From Patescibacteria group bacterium (lineage in GTDB: Bacteria; Patescibacteriota; Patescibacteriia; Magasanikbacterales; GWA2-37-8), in assembly GCA_004321885.1 (NCBI GenBank), contig SCQK01000013.1, positions 96,001-160,000 on the forward strand: DNA of 64,000 bases. Direction: 5' to 3'. Of this stretch, positions 50,081 through 59,569 are shown piece by piece. Both the position numbers and the translations under genes were made by a program. The first letter of the stretch is position 1, and each line of letters opens with the position of its first letter. A model generated the notes under the pieces. The model was given only the letters and a program-made list of their open reading frames with translations, was not told the DNA's origin and made no database searches.

Positions 50081-50602
50081 TTAGGCTTGCGCCTTTGATA
50101 TATTACTTAACACTGAAACGAAATTGCGCAACGTTCCGGCCAGCACATTGACGAAACCGGAAATCGGGGCCTGCAAAGAACCAACCATCTGACCGAGCAA
50201 TTCAGTCTTGCCGGGCAAAAGAGCCAAGCTCTTTACCGTCGCCTCGTCTATAAACTTGCCTTCCAGCACGCCGCCGAAAAGTTTCACCACTTCGTGGGTC
50301 TTGGCAAAGTTGAAAACCAGCTTGGCCGGAGCCACTTCATCGGCGCCGAAAAAGCTGGCCACGCCGCCCGCGAAAACTTCCGGATTGATATTGTCAAGAG
50401 CCGCCTCTTGACAGGCGCGCTTGAGCAATGTTTTCTTGGCGGCCAAAACTTTAATGCCTTCCTTGCGGCAGGTCTTGCGCAATTCCTCGGCTTCAGAAAC
50501 CTTCAGCCCCTGGAAATTGGCAAAAACAGCCGACTTGGACTGTTTCAGCCCTTCGGTCAGCGAGCTAATCGTTGCTTGCTTTTGCTGTTTTGTCTTTGGC
50601 AT
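50081..50602 (-). CDS. rplJ: 50S ribosomal protein L10
   Basis: L10 consensus ([24 protein letters not shown]...); 4-nt gap to rplL. Confidence 0.9.
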   Translation of the reverse strand: MPKTKQQKQATISSLTEGLKQSKSAVFANFQGLKVSEAEELRKTCRKEGIKVLAAKKTLLKRACQEAALDNINPEVFAGGVASFFGADEVAPAKLVFNFAKTHEVVKLFGGVLEGKFIDEATVKSLALLPGKTELLGQMVGSLQAPISGFVNVLAGTLRNFVSVLSNISKAQA

Positions 50603-50679
50603 ACTATGAATATAATCTCATTCGCTCAGAACTGAATTAATAAATTAATTCAGTTCGCTCGCTCATTTCGATTATAAAC

Positions 50680-50704
50680 AAAAAATCTGTGTTTCCACAG
50701 ACTA
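50680..50704 (-). promoter_or_regulatory. candidate attenuator hairpin plus U-run inside the long rplJ leader
   Basis: minus-strand TCTGTGG-AAAC-ACAGA-TTTTTT about 80 nt upstream of the rplJ ATG; the leader is about 235 nt. Confidence 0.35.
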
Positions 50705-50837
50705 ATCCCGCCAAAGGCGGGCAAGAGCGCAAATCGACCTATACTGTCATTCCGGCTTCCGAGCCGGAATCCAGTTCTTTTTTGCACCTCGGCAGGTAAT
50801 TAAGCCCTTTCGGACACCTGCTGTCTATGGTGACAAT

Positions 50838-50866
50838 AATATACAGGAAGCATAAAAAAATGTCAA
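50838..50866 (-). promoter_or_regulatory. sigma70-like promoter TTGACA-17-TATATT for the rplJL operon
   Basis: consensus -35, 17-nt spacer, near-consensus -10. Confidence 0.4.
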
Positions 50867-50870
50867 GAAT

Positions 50871-51554
50871 CTAATAGATTATTGTGCCTCTAATTTGTTC
50901 TTGACCGATGGCCCTCCCCAATTCCTCCAAATCAGTGCCTTTGACAAATAATACTTTCAATTTTAATTTCTGCGCTTCTTGGGCGGCCAGCGGGTCAAAA
51001 GGCAGATTAGCTCCGGGCGACCACTTGCTCCCCACTATTTTTCGCAGTTCAGCCCAGGTCATTTTTTCTATTGGCTTGGCCTGCTTGTCAATTTTCGGGT
51101 CGGCCGTATAAACATAGTCAACATTGGAAGCGTTGAGCACTTCTTTGGCGCCGTAGGTTTTGGCCAGCCAGACCGCGTCTCTGTCCGTGGAACACCCGGG
51201 CTTCCAGCCGCCGGCGACAATAATCGGCTTATTAGTTTTTATTTTCTTGGTCGGGTCAACGACAATTTCCGCGTGCGCAAATTTGCCAAAAAGCAAACGG
51301 ATAAAATGCGCGTTCAGATGCGTGGCGTGAATGCCCAGCCAATCCAAATCCGCTTTGCTGGCGCCGTGTGCCTGGCCCAAAGCGCGCTGATACTGGCGGC
51401 ATGTCGCCCCGCCGCCGATAACCAAAATGAACCTCTCCCCTTTTTTGACGCGCTCAATAATTAAATTTTTGAAACGTTTCAAAAATTGTATGTCAAAACC
51501 CTCTTTGGGAATCACGATGGAACCGCCCAGAGAAATTATTTTAAGCAAGCTCAT
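50871..51554 (-). CDS. amino-acid-kinase-family UMP kinase (archaeal-type PyrH-like)
   Basis: KIISLGGS, VIGGGATCRQY, AGG glycine-rich loops of the carbamate/UMP kinase fold. Confidence 0.6.
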   Translation of the reverse strand: MSLLKIISLGGSIVIPKEGFDIQFLKRFKNLIIERVKKGERFILVIGGGATCRQYQRALGQAHGASKADLDWLGIHATHLNAHFIRLLFGKFAHAEIVVDPTKKIKTNKPIIVAGGWKPGCSTDRDAVWLAKTYGAKEVLNASNVDYVYTADPKIDKQAKPIEKMTWAELRKIVGSKWSPGANLPFDPLAAQEAQKLKLKVLFVKGTDLEELGRAIGQEQIRGTIIY

Positions 51555-51732
51555 AATACCCCCCTCCTCGCCTCCCCCCTAAGAGGGTGGAGAGAGTTAG
51601 ATGGACCATTATGAGGAAGATTTTGACGGGAATGCTTTATTTGTTCCGGCCTGTTCGCTTTCCAGCGGCTCGGCGTGCGATAGGCTGTCTTGCCTTTTTG
51701 CGCCCGGTTGGATGAATAATTTTTCACACCTA

Positions 51733-51954
51733 TTACAATTTATTTTTTAATTCTTTAATTTTATTTTCCATCGCGCCCAGATATTCTTTCATCCCCTTCA
51801 CCAACTTTATCCCCTCTTCAAACTTTTTTATCCCCTCCTCTAAATCAATATCTTCTTTCTCAAACCAGCCAACTATTCCTTGCAGCTCCTGATACGATTT
51901 AGCGAAATTAAATTTTTTCTCTGGCATATCATTAATTAGCGAAAAATACATCAA
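51733..51954 (-). CDS. xseB: exodeoxyribonuclease VII small subunit
   Basis: 73-aa helical protein FNFAKSYQELQGIVGWFEKEDIDLEEGIKKFEEGIKL, directly downstream of xseA. Confidence 0.65.
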   Translation of the reverse strand: MMYFSLINDMPEKKFNFAKSYQELQGIVGWFEKEDIDLEEGIKKFEEGIKLVKGMKEYLGAMENKIKELKNKL

Positions 51955-51960
51955 AAATCC

Positions 51961-53169
51961 TTAAACAAACAGCGCGGCCTGACCGGCTTTTTTAGCGCCC
52001 GTCCTTACTACCCTGCTCTCTATACTCCCCTTGCTTAATTCTATCATAATCTCGTCGCCCGCGTCCACCGTTGCCGCGTCGCGTAAAATTCGTCCGCTTT
52101 TGTCGCGCGCTATGCCATAGCCGCGACGCAGAACCCTTTTTGGGTCAACATTTTTAAACAGTCGCTCGGACGACAAAACAAATTCGTTTTTGCGCTGCCG
52201 GCTGTTTTCCAGCGCGGAAAATAAACCAAAAAATTTATCGGCCAGCGCCCGGCCGCGGGCCAGCGGAGCCTCAAAATCAGCGGTCAAAGCGGAAAACGCC
52301 GAATCGGTTTGCCAGCGCAGTTTAAGCGCCCGATGGGACAACGACTCGCTGAAATTATTCAGTTCAAAATCCAGCCGCGACCCGAACTCCCGCTTGTCCG
52401 GCACCAGTATTTCCACGGCGTTGGACGGCGTGGAGGCGCGGACATCGGCCGCGAAATCAGATAAAGACTCGTCGCGCTCATGTCCCACGCCGCAGATGAC
52501 CGGAATTTTACTGCCATACACGGCGCGCGCCACTGCTTCGCTGTTGAAAGCGGCCAAGTCCTCCAGTGAGCCGCCGCCGCGAATCAGCGCCAGCGCTTCC
52601 GGCCTGTCGTCGTCGGCCAGCGCGTTAAACTCCGCGAAAGCCGAAACAATATCTTCCACCGCCCCTTCGCCCTGCACCAAGGCATGTCGCAAAATTAACT
52701 CCGTTCCGCCCCAGCGGTTGTTCAAAATCCGTTTGAAATCGCCGAAAGCGGCGCTGTCGCGCGAAGCAATCACGCCGATTTTTTGCGGCAAATACGGCAG
52801 GGGTCTCTTGCGGCTTTGAGCAAACAGCCCCTCGGCTTCTAATTTTTGTTTCAATAACAAATACGCGCGTTTAAGAGAACCCTCGCCCACCAGTTCCACG
52901 GCCTGCGCCACCAGGCTGAACTTGCCGGTCTTTTCATAAATATTCGGGTAGCCGGTAACGCGAATTTTCATGCCGTCTGTTAGCTGGACGCGCAATCGCC
53001 CCAGGGCCGCGAAACAATTTAACGTCGCCTTTTCGTCTTTCAAACTAAAAAAAACCCAGCGGCCCTGTGAAACCTGATATTGCGACACCTCGCCCTCCAC
53101 GATGAACTCGCCGGCGACAAGGCCGTTGATTTGCGCGATAAATTCGGAAACAGTGAGGGTTTTTATCAC
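51961..53169 (-). CDS. xseA: exodeoxyribonuclease VII large subunit
   Basis: N-terminal OB fold (VSGEVSQYQVSQGRWVFFSLKDE), catalytic core GRGGGS, C-terminal helical region. Confidence 0.85.
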   Translation of the reverse strand: MIKTLTVSEFIAQINGLVAGEFIVEGEVSQYQVSQGRWVFFSLKDEKATLNCFAALGRLRVQLTDGMKIRVTGYPNIYEKTGKFSLVAQAVELVGEGSLKRAYLLLKQKLEAEGLFAQSRKRPLPYLPQKIGVIASRDSAAFGDFKRILNNRWGGTELILRHALVQGEGAVEDIVSAFAEFNALADDDRPEALALIRGGGSLEDLAAFNSEAVARAVYGSKIPVICGVGHERDESLSDFAADVRASTPSNAVEILVPDKREFGSRLDFELNNFSESLSHRALKLRWQTDSAFSALTADFEAPLARGRALADKFFGLFSALENSRQRKNEFVLSSERLFKNVDPKRVLRRGYGIARDKSGRILRDAATVDAGDEIMIELSKGSIESRVVRTGAKKAGQAALFV

Positions 53170-53777
53170 AAAATTATACTGCCGCCGACCAGCCAGCTGA
53201 AAATCGCGCCAATGATGGGCGAAATCAATTCAAACAGAAAAAAAATAAAAATCAGCAGGATAAAAAATCCGTAGCGCTCCAAAAATATTTTTATACTTGA
53301 AGCCGAGTCCGGCAAAATAGCGTACAAAATCTTGGAGCCGTCCAAGGGCGGAATGGGCACCAGATTAAACACCAAAAGCATGACATTGGCGTAAACAATG
53401 ATGGCCAAAAAACCGACCAGCTCGCGGCCAACGGGAGCGAAGCGGATGACGGCCGCAAAAGCCGCGGCCAGCAAAAAATTGGCCATTGGCCCGGCCAAGG
53501 CCACCAGGGCCGGCCCCCATTTTTGGTTGCGCAAATTGTACGGATTATAGGGCACGGGCTTGGCATAGGCGAACAAAAATTGGCCCCGCGTCATTACGAA
53601 AAGCATTAAAGGTAAAAGAATGGTGCCCCACAGGTCAATGTGGGCCTTGGGGTTTAGGGTAAGCCGGCCGGCGTAGCGCGCCGTGGGATCGCCCATGGCA
53701 TCGGCGGCCCAGCCATGCGCGTATTCGTGGATAATGGCCGAGGGAATAATGATGAGGAAATAAAAAATGAAATTCAT
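53166..53777 (-). CDS. site-2-protease-family (M50) zinc metalloprotease
   Basis: HExxH in a TM helix (IIHEYAHGWAA), LDGS motif (PPLDGSKIL), polytopic. Confidence 0.8.
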   Translation of the reverse strand: MNFIFYFLIIIPSAIIHEYAHGWAADAMGDPTARYAGRLTLNPKAHIDLWGTILLPLMLFVMTRGQFLFAYAKPVPYNPYNLRNQKWGPALVALAGPMANFLLAAAFAAVIRFAPVGRELVGFLAIIVYANVMLLVFNLVPIPPLDGSKILYAILPDSASSIKIFLERYGFFILLIFIFFLFELISPIIGAIFSWLVGGSIIL

Positions 53778-53781
53778 AGGG

Positions 53782-55008
53782 CTACGACGCGGGCGCGGGT
53801 TTGGGATTTTTGGTGGATGTTTCCGGTTTTATATTCTCGTTCACTTTTTTTATCAACGAGCGATAAAACGGTTCCCCAAGCACGTTTTCGTTTTCGCCGA
53901 GCATTTTCTTGAAAACAGCGGCCAAGGCCGGATTGTTTTGCACGCGCAACACCGAATTATGCGCCGGGTCGTCATCATTTTCCCATGATTCATTCCACCA
54001 GGCAAAACCGATAACCCGAGGCCACCGGCCGAAAAACAGTTCCGTGAGAGCGTCTTTGGCCCAATCTTCCTGCTTGACTGCCGGATGCCCGTTTGTAAAT
54101 CCCAATTCCAAAATCACTACCGGTTTTGTCTTGCTTAATTTGGCCAAGCGCGGATAAACCGCGTCCATCATTTCACGCATGGTCTCGGCCTCGGCCATTG
54201 GCGTGCCTGCTCCGTAGATGCTCACTCCCAGCCAATCTATCCACTTGTCGCCGGGGTAATAATTTTCAAATTTATTCCAGGCTGTATTTGGAACATCGTC
54301 GCTGTTGATATGAAACGCCCATAAAATATTGCTGGCGCCCTCCTCGCGCGACAAACGGATAATTCTTCGGTACGCGTCCTTAAATCTTTCCGGGCCGTCA
54401 AATTGTTTTTTATCGCCATAACCAAGCTTGGCCCCGCCGCCGTTCCATTTCCCGTTCCAGGCAAACCATTCGCCGTTTACTTCGGTGCCGAATTCCGCCA
54501 GCAGGGGTGTGCCGAATGTTTTGGCGCCGCGCGCCCAGGCGCGCAGGTCTTTGTCAAAATCTCCCCTGATGATTCGCGCCAAAGTATATTTCGGCTCTTT
54601 CACGTTTTGTTCTTCGCTGGAGCGCAACATCAGGCGAATAAACGGAACACTGCCATTGTCGCGAATCCAGCTCGCGGTTTTGACCGGAAACGGCTTGCCC
54701 TTAAACCAGTTGTGCGTGAAATAAACCCAGACTGCTTTTTTGCCCACCGCCTCCTGATAACTCGCCAACTCTTCTTTTTTTATCTGGTCTTCTTCGGCAA
54801 ATTCTCCGCCCGGAAAAACCCCGTGATAATATTTGCCGGCCCCGGGCGTCGCCACCACCTGCCCTTTGGCCGTGATTCCGTTTAGGGTGGAATTTTGCTG
54901 TGAAACGGCTTTGGAGCCGAAATAAAACCTAAACAAAGCCAAACCGCCTAAAAAAAGAACAACTAAACCCGCCACCGCGAAGGCCAAATATTTTTGCGCT
55001 TTGGGCAT
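53782..55008 (-). CDS. membrane-anchored GH26-like glycoside hydrolase (beta-mannanase/endoglucanase-H family)
   Basis: N-terminal TM; WAFHINSDD, WLGVSIYG, VVILELG blocks of the GH26 (beta/alpha)8 fold. Confidence 0.6.
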   Translation of the reverse strand: MPKAQKYLAFAVAGLVVLFLGGLALFRFYFGSKAVSQQNSTLNGITAKGQVVATPGAGKYYHGVFPGGEFAEEDQIKKEELASYQEAVGKKAVWVYFTHNWFKGKPFPVKTASWIRDNGSVPFIRLMLRSSEEQNVKEPKYTLARIIRGDFDKDLRAWARGAKTFGTPLLAEFGTEVNGEWFAWNGKWNGGGAKLGYGDKKQFDGPERFKDAYRRIIRLSREEGASNILWAFHINSDDVPNTAWNKFENYYPGDKWIDWLGVSIYGAGTPMAEAETMREMMDAVYPRLAKLSKTKPVVILELGFTNGHPAVKQEDWAKDALTELFFGRWPRVIGFAWWNESWENDDDPAHNSVLRVQNNPALAAVFKKMLGENENVLGEPFYRSLIKKVNENIKPETSTKNPKPAPAS

Positions 55009-55134
55009 ATATTATGTTATAAAAATATATCGGTATTTTACACCAAAACGCGCAAATATGCCAGTCCGCAATCCAGTTGTTGACAATGCGCGGCGCGGTG
55101 TTATATGATAAAAACATACCATATAAGTATAAAT

Positions 55135-55533
55135 ATGAGCAAGGCAACCCTAACGACAATCATCGCGATTTTGGCCGCCGCGCTCGCCGGCTATATTATC
55201 TGGGCCGCCACCCGGCCCCAGCTTCTGCCAGCCGGCGGACCGGAACAACCGTCGCCAACCGGCACGGCGACTGCCGCCAAGCCGCAGACATACGGGGTGG
55301 AAATAAAAAATTTCACTTTCGCGCCGGCGAATCTGCGGATAAAAAGCGGCGACACGGTAAAGTGGGAAAATTTTGATTCAGTGCGCCACTCGGTATCTTC
55401 CACTTTCTCGGACCTTAATTCCGAGCTTCTGTCCGTAGGCGAAACGTTTAAATACACCTTCAAAAACGCCGGCGCCTACGACTATGATTGCGGCCCGCAC
55501 CCGAACATGAAGGGAAAAATCATCGTGGAATAG
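55135..55533 (+). CDS. cupredoxin (plastocyanin/amicyanin-like blue copper protein), secreted
   Basis: signal peptide; Cu ligands H (VRHSV), C-x2-H-x4-M (YDCGPHPNMKG). Confidence 0.8.
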   Translation: MSKATLTTIIAILAAALAGYIIWAATRPQLLPAGGPEQPSPTGTATAAKPQTYGVEIKNFTFAPANLRIKSGDTVKWENFDSVRHSVSSTFSDLNSELLSVGETFKYTFKNAGAYDYDCGPHPNMKGKIIVE

Positions 55534-55547
55534 CGCGGCGAAAACAG

Positions 55548-55946
55548 CTACTCCGTGGTCTGGCCGTCAAATTCGGCCTCGTTGGCCGTGGCCTCTTCTT
55601 TTGTTTGCCGCACTATGCCGTCTTTGTGGTGGGCCGGGGAATAAATCGTATATAGTTTGAGGTCTTCTGTTTCGGAAGTGTTAATGACATTGTGCTGGGC
55701 GCCGGCCGGCACCACAATCACCGCGCCGTCGCCGATTTCATACTCGTTGCCGTCAATTATACATTTGCCTTGCCCTTGTTCAAAGCGAAAAAACTGGTCG
55801 TTGCCCGGGTGCACTTCCATGCCGATTTCTTCCTTTGGTTTTAAGCTCATCAGCACCAGCTGGCTGTGTTTGCCCGTATAAAGCACCTTGCGAAAATTGT
55901 TGTTTTCCAAGGCGTCTTTTTCCATATTGGTAAAAAATCCTCGCAT
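55548..55946 (-). CDS. cupin-domain protein
   Basis: HxH...E...H-like cupin motifs (MEVHPGNDQFFRFEQGQGKCII...GAQHNVIN). Confidence 0.7.
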   Translation of the reverse strand: MRGFFTNMEKDALENNNFRKVLYTGKHSQLVLMSLKPKEEIGMEVHPGNDQFFRFEQGQGKCIIDGNEYEIGDGAVIVVPAGAQHNVINTSETEDLKLYTIYSPAHHKDGIVRQTKEEATANEAEFDGQTTE

Positions 55947-56009
55947 ATTTTTTAACTGTCATCCCGGTCGCCGCAGACAACCGGAATCCAGTGTTAAGAA
56001 TAATTTTTT

Positions 56010-57014
56010 TTATAAACCGGCCGGGGCGTTTTCTTTTCTGCTTTTCCACGCCAAGACAAATAATACAAGAGCCGCGATGAACAAAACAACACTGGCATTT
56101 TTTACGCCCCGGAATAATTCGTCCAGTCCGGTTTGCAGAAGGTTCATGATAAACGCGCGCGCCGCCTCGGGCGTGGGCGACAGATGAACCGCGTCGAGCA
56201 GGCGCGTTTTGATCTGGGCGGCATTGGCGAAAAACCATAACGAGCTCGCGGCCAAAGGCGCGGCCAGCCAGGCCAGGAGCGCCTTTTTGTTTTTCTTGTG
56301 GATGAGGGCGATGACGGCTAAAAGCGCGAGTGCGACAACCGCCGCAACGCCCGCGCCCTGTTTGGCGCGAGCCGCGTAAGCCCGCGCCAGGGCGAGCTCG
56401 GATTGTTTTGGCGCCAGCGCCTCTCCCACATCCACTGTATCGGGAATCTGTTTCAAAAAAATCTTCAATTCAGCGTCAAAATCCCGCATGGCCTTTTCCT
56501 CGCTCATCGCGGGGTTCCGGCAGGTTACCGCCGGGTTCTCTCCCCTCTGCGCCCGCAGTTGGAAATCTATAATTTCCATGGGCGAACAAACAGGTAAGGC
56601 ATTGTAATTTTTTCTGACCAGAGCGGATAAATTTTTCGCCGCGGCCGCTTTTTGGTCTTTGACGCTGACTGTGAAATCAATGGACGGCTCGGTACCGTTC
56701 AAGTAACCCACTACCTGGTCTATGGCTTTGTCTGAATTGGTCTCCAGCCACTGGGCTGAAAAAATATCCGCCAAAGCGCCGGCAATGTCTGCTTCGGACA
56801 AAGACACCGCCGCTTTATTTTCTTTAATCAGCTGACTGTAAATAATCCCGGGCGCGAGGCGAAGCGCCTGATTGTAGGCGTCCGCTTTTTTGAGCGTTGT
56901 TTTGTAAAACTGCGGCGCCAGCAAATTTTTGGAAAGCGTGAGCGCTCCCACCGTCGCGATGATGAGCGGCGCCAGGAACAAAACGATGACGAACGAAACG
57001 ATGTGTCTGGGCAT
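56010..57014 (-). CDS. hypothetical membrane protein (N-terminal TM plus a C-terminal TM pair)
   Basis: hydrophobic termini, Ala-rich helical middle; no known domain. Confidence 0.45.
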   Translation of the reverse strand: MPRHIVSFVIVLFLAPLIIATVGALTLSKNLLAPQFYKTTLKKADAYNQALRLAPGIIYSQLIKENKAAVSLSEADIAGALADIFSAQWLETNSDKAIDQVVGYLNGTEPSIDFTVSVKDQKAAAAKNLSALVRKNYNALPVCSPMEIIDFQLRAQRGENPAVTCRNPAMSEEKAMRDFDAELKIFLKQIPDTVDVGEALAPKQSELALARAYAARAKQGAGVAAVVALALLAVIALIHKKNKKALLAWLAAPLAASSLWFFANAAQIKTRLLDAVHLSPTPEAARAFIMNLLQTGLDELFRGVKNASVVLFIAALVLFVLAWKSRKENAPAGL

Positions 57015-57185
57015 ATAATTATAAACTATCTAAATTAGTCCCATTTTTTCAAACCAATATCTCCACAGACCGGCTCCAAATTCAAATTTTTAGAAAAAAA
57101 ATTACAAATCATATTTCAAAAACAGCATTAACTGTACCAATCAAAAGTGTTCATGAGGTGCGTTAGATATTACACACACAGACTC

Positions 57186-57274
57186 TGGCGGAAGGAGAGG
57201 GATTCGAACCCTCGATGGCTTACGCCAAACCGCCTTTCCAGAGCGGCGCCATAGACCAACTAGGCGATCCTTCC
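57186..57274 (-). tRNA. tRNA-Ser (anticodon GGA) with an encoded CCA
   Basis: GGAAGGA...CCGCT-CTGGAAA-GGCGG, long variable arm, GAGGG-TTCGAAT-CCCTC, TCCTTCC-G-CCA. Confidence 0.85.
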
Positions 57275-57283
57275 AACTCTTTT

Positions 57284-58099
57284 CTAAACCCCACCCTTTG
57301 TCTCCCCCCTTACAGAGGAGGGATGTGATGTTTGCCCCAATTTACCCCAAAACAGCGCGAAAGTCAATCCGGCGATGAGCGCCAGCATGCCCCACTGGGC
57401 CGGGGTAAAATAAAAATAGCGCGCGTCGCTGACCGGCAAATCAGTGGCGCGTAAAAAATCAAAAAAGAACCGGACCGCCGCGTAAGACAAAACCGAATAA
57501 AGCGCGACCAATCCCCAGCGCTTTTTTATGAGGCGAGTAAATAATAGATAAAAAACAGCAAATAACGTAAATCCTAAAATAGATTCCAGCAAGCCCAAAT
57601 CAAAACGCGCGCCGTCTGGTAAATTCACGGCCAGAAAAAAATTTGACAGCCTCCCGGGATGCAAATGCGTGAAAAAACAACCCAAACGCCCAACCCCCCA
57701 CCCCAACCATAAACTTAAAGCGCCGATGTCCAAATACGGCTTGATTTCCCGACAAGTAAATTTTTTTATTTTTACAAACAAATACAGGGCAACGCCGGCG
57801 CCGAAAAATCCGCCCAGCGAAGACGCCCCGCCCTGCCAAAATTTCAAAATATCGCCCGGGTTCTGCGCGTAATACGCGCTGTCGTAAAAAATCACGTGAA
57901 AAACACGCGCCATAATCAACGCGCCAATGAGCATCCAGACCCCCATATCCAAAATCACTTCGCCGGACAAAAAATATTTCTTCGCCAGCTTGTAGCCGAA
58001 TAAAACCGCGGCCAAAATTCCCAGCGAGACGAAAAGACCCCAAACATGAATAGTGAGAGGGCCTAAGGAAAAAGATTCAAAGTGAAAGTATGGAAGCAT
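57284..58099 (-). CDS. lgt: prolipoprotein diacylglyceryl transferase
   Basis: Lgt signature region GRLGCFFTHLHPGRLS and a polytopic topology; the C-terminal tail is read from a family-D repeat. Confidence 0.7.
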   Translation of the reverse strand: MLPYFHFESFSLGPLTIHVWGLFVSLGILAAVLFGYKLAKKYFLSGEVILDMGVWMLIGALIMARVFHVIFYDSAYYAQNPGDILKFWQGGASSLGGFFGAGVALYLFVKIKKFTCREIKPYLDIGALSLWLGWGVGRLGCFFTHLHPGRLSNFFLAVNLPDGARFDLGLLESILGFTLFAVFYLLFTRLIKKRWGLVALYSVLSYAAVRFFFDFLRATDLPVSDARYFYFTPAQWGMLALIAGLTFALFWGKLGQTSHPSSVRGETKGGV

Positions 58100-58171
58100 A
58101 ATACCCCCTCCTCTATCCTCCCCCTAAAAGGGGGAGGAAGTGTTAAAGCCCACCCCCCTTAGATGGAAATT

Positions 58172-59512
58172 TTACAGATATTTCAGCGCTTCGCCGGGTT
58201 TGTTTATCACGCGCACGTAATTCTCGTCCAAATGGCCGATGGTTTTGTGCTTGTCCGCCAACTGATGAATGAAGTCCAAAAGCGGCTGCCAAAAGTCCTG
58301 GTCGTAAAGCAAAGTCGGGAGCGGCGTGATTTTTTTCGTCTCTTGCAAAGTAAGCAGTTCAAACAACTGATGCATGGTGCCGAGCCCGCCCGGGAAAAAT
58401 ACAAACGCCTTTGACGGCGAAGTGATTATCAGCTTGCGCACGAAAGGAAAAAAGAATCCGAGCGATTTAGTGACGTAACTGTTTACCCGTTCGCCGCCCT
58501 CAAACCGCATATTCAGACCGATACTGGCGCCACGCGCTTCAAACGCCCCTTTGTTGGCCGCTTCCATGATGCCAGGGCCGCCGCCGGTGATAGTGGTGAA
58601 CTTGTTCTTGGCCAAAATTTTGCCGAGCTCATAAGCCGCTTTGTAATACGGACTGTCGGCGGCGATGCTTTTGGTGCCAAGCACCGTCACATCATCTTTG
58701 ATGCTGGTCAAAAATTCAAAACCGTCCACCAGTTCGGCCATGATTCTGAACACGCTCCAGTCCAAGCCGCCCTGGCAATGAGGATTTGAAGAACCAACTT
58801 CGCAAACATTCGGCCTGTCCACGGCGCCGACTTTGATGCGCGCCAGCGCCTCTTCGGCCGTCTCAACCACATGCCACTTGTCAACGTATGACTCCGGAAT
58901 GCAACCGGTTTCGCGCGCCGACTTCTGACGCAAAAAATTTATCACCGGCTGCCAAAAATCCTTGCCCACCAGAATTATCGGAACGTTGACCATCTGCCCC
59001 AGCTCAATATTGTCCACCACTTCAAAAAATTCGTCCAAGGTGCCAAAACCGCCCGGGAAAAATACGAAAGCGTTGGCCGGCGAAGTAAGCATCACCTTAC
59101 GCGTGAAGAAGTAGTAAAAACCGATGGCCTTGTTGACGTAAGGATTGATGCGCTGTTCGGTCGGGAGCTGGATGTTCAAACCCACCGACTCGCCGCCGGC
59201 TTCGTGGGCGCCCTTGTTGGCCGCTTCCATAATACCCGGCCCGCCGCCGGTAAGAGTGGTAAAACCGTTTTTCGCCAACAATCGTCCGAGCTCTAACGCG
59301 ATTTTGTAATATTTATTGTTGGCCGGCAAACGCGCCGAACCCAAAATAGTAACCTCATTTTTGAGGGTGGATAAAAACTGATACCCTTCCACGAACTCGG
59401 TGATGATGCGAAAAATTCTCCAGCTGTCGCGGTAGTTGACCACTTCACCGGCGGTGACGAGCGGCCTGTCTTTCATGAGTGATTTTAAGGCAAGCGTAGC
59501 GTTTTTAGGCAT
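58172..59512 (-). CDS. tandem-duplicated LOG-family (TIGR00730, cytokinin riboside 5'-monophosphate phosphoribohydrolase-like) protein
   Basis: two copies of GGGxGxMEA ... PGGxGTxxE (PGGFGTLDEFFE and PGGLGTMHQLFE). Confidence 0.8.
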   Translation of the reverse strand: MPKNATLALKSLMKDRPLVTAGEVVNYRDSWRIFRIITEFVEGYQFLSTLKNEVTILGSARLPANNKYYKIALELGRLLAKNGFTTLTGGGPGIMEAANKGAHEAGGESVGLNIQLPTEQRINPYVNKAIGFYYFFTRKVMLTSPANAFVFFPGGFGTLDEFFEVVDNIELGQMVNVPIILVGKDFWQPVINFLRQKSARETGCIPESYVDKWHVVETAEEALARIKVGAVDRPNVCEVGSSNPHCQGGLDWSVFRIMAELVDGFEFLTSIKDDVTVLGTKSIAADSPYYKAAYELGKILAKNKFTTITGGGPGIMEAANKGAFEARGASIGLNMRFEGGERVNSYVTKSLGFFFPFVRKLIITSPSKAFVFFPGGLGTMHQLFELLTLQETKKITPLPTLLYDQDFWQPLLDFIHQLADKHKTIGHLDENYVRVINKPGEALKYL

Positions 59513-59569
59513 ATATTCTGGATTCCCGCTCCCCGCCTTCGCGGGGACAAGCTTCGTGGGAATGATAAT

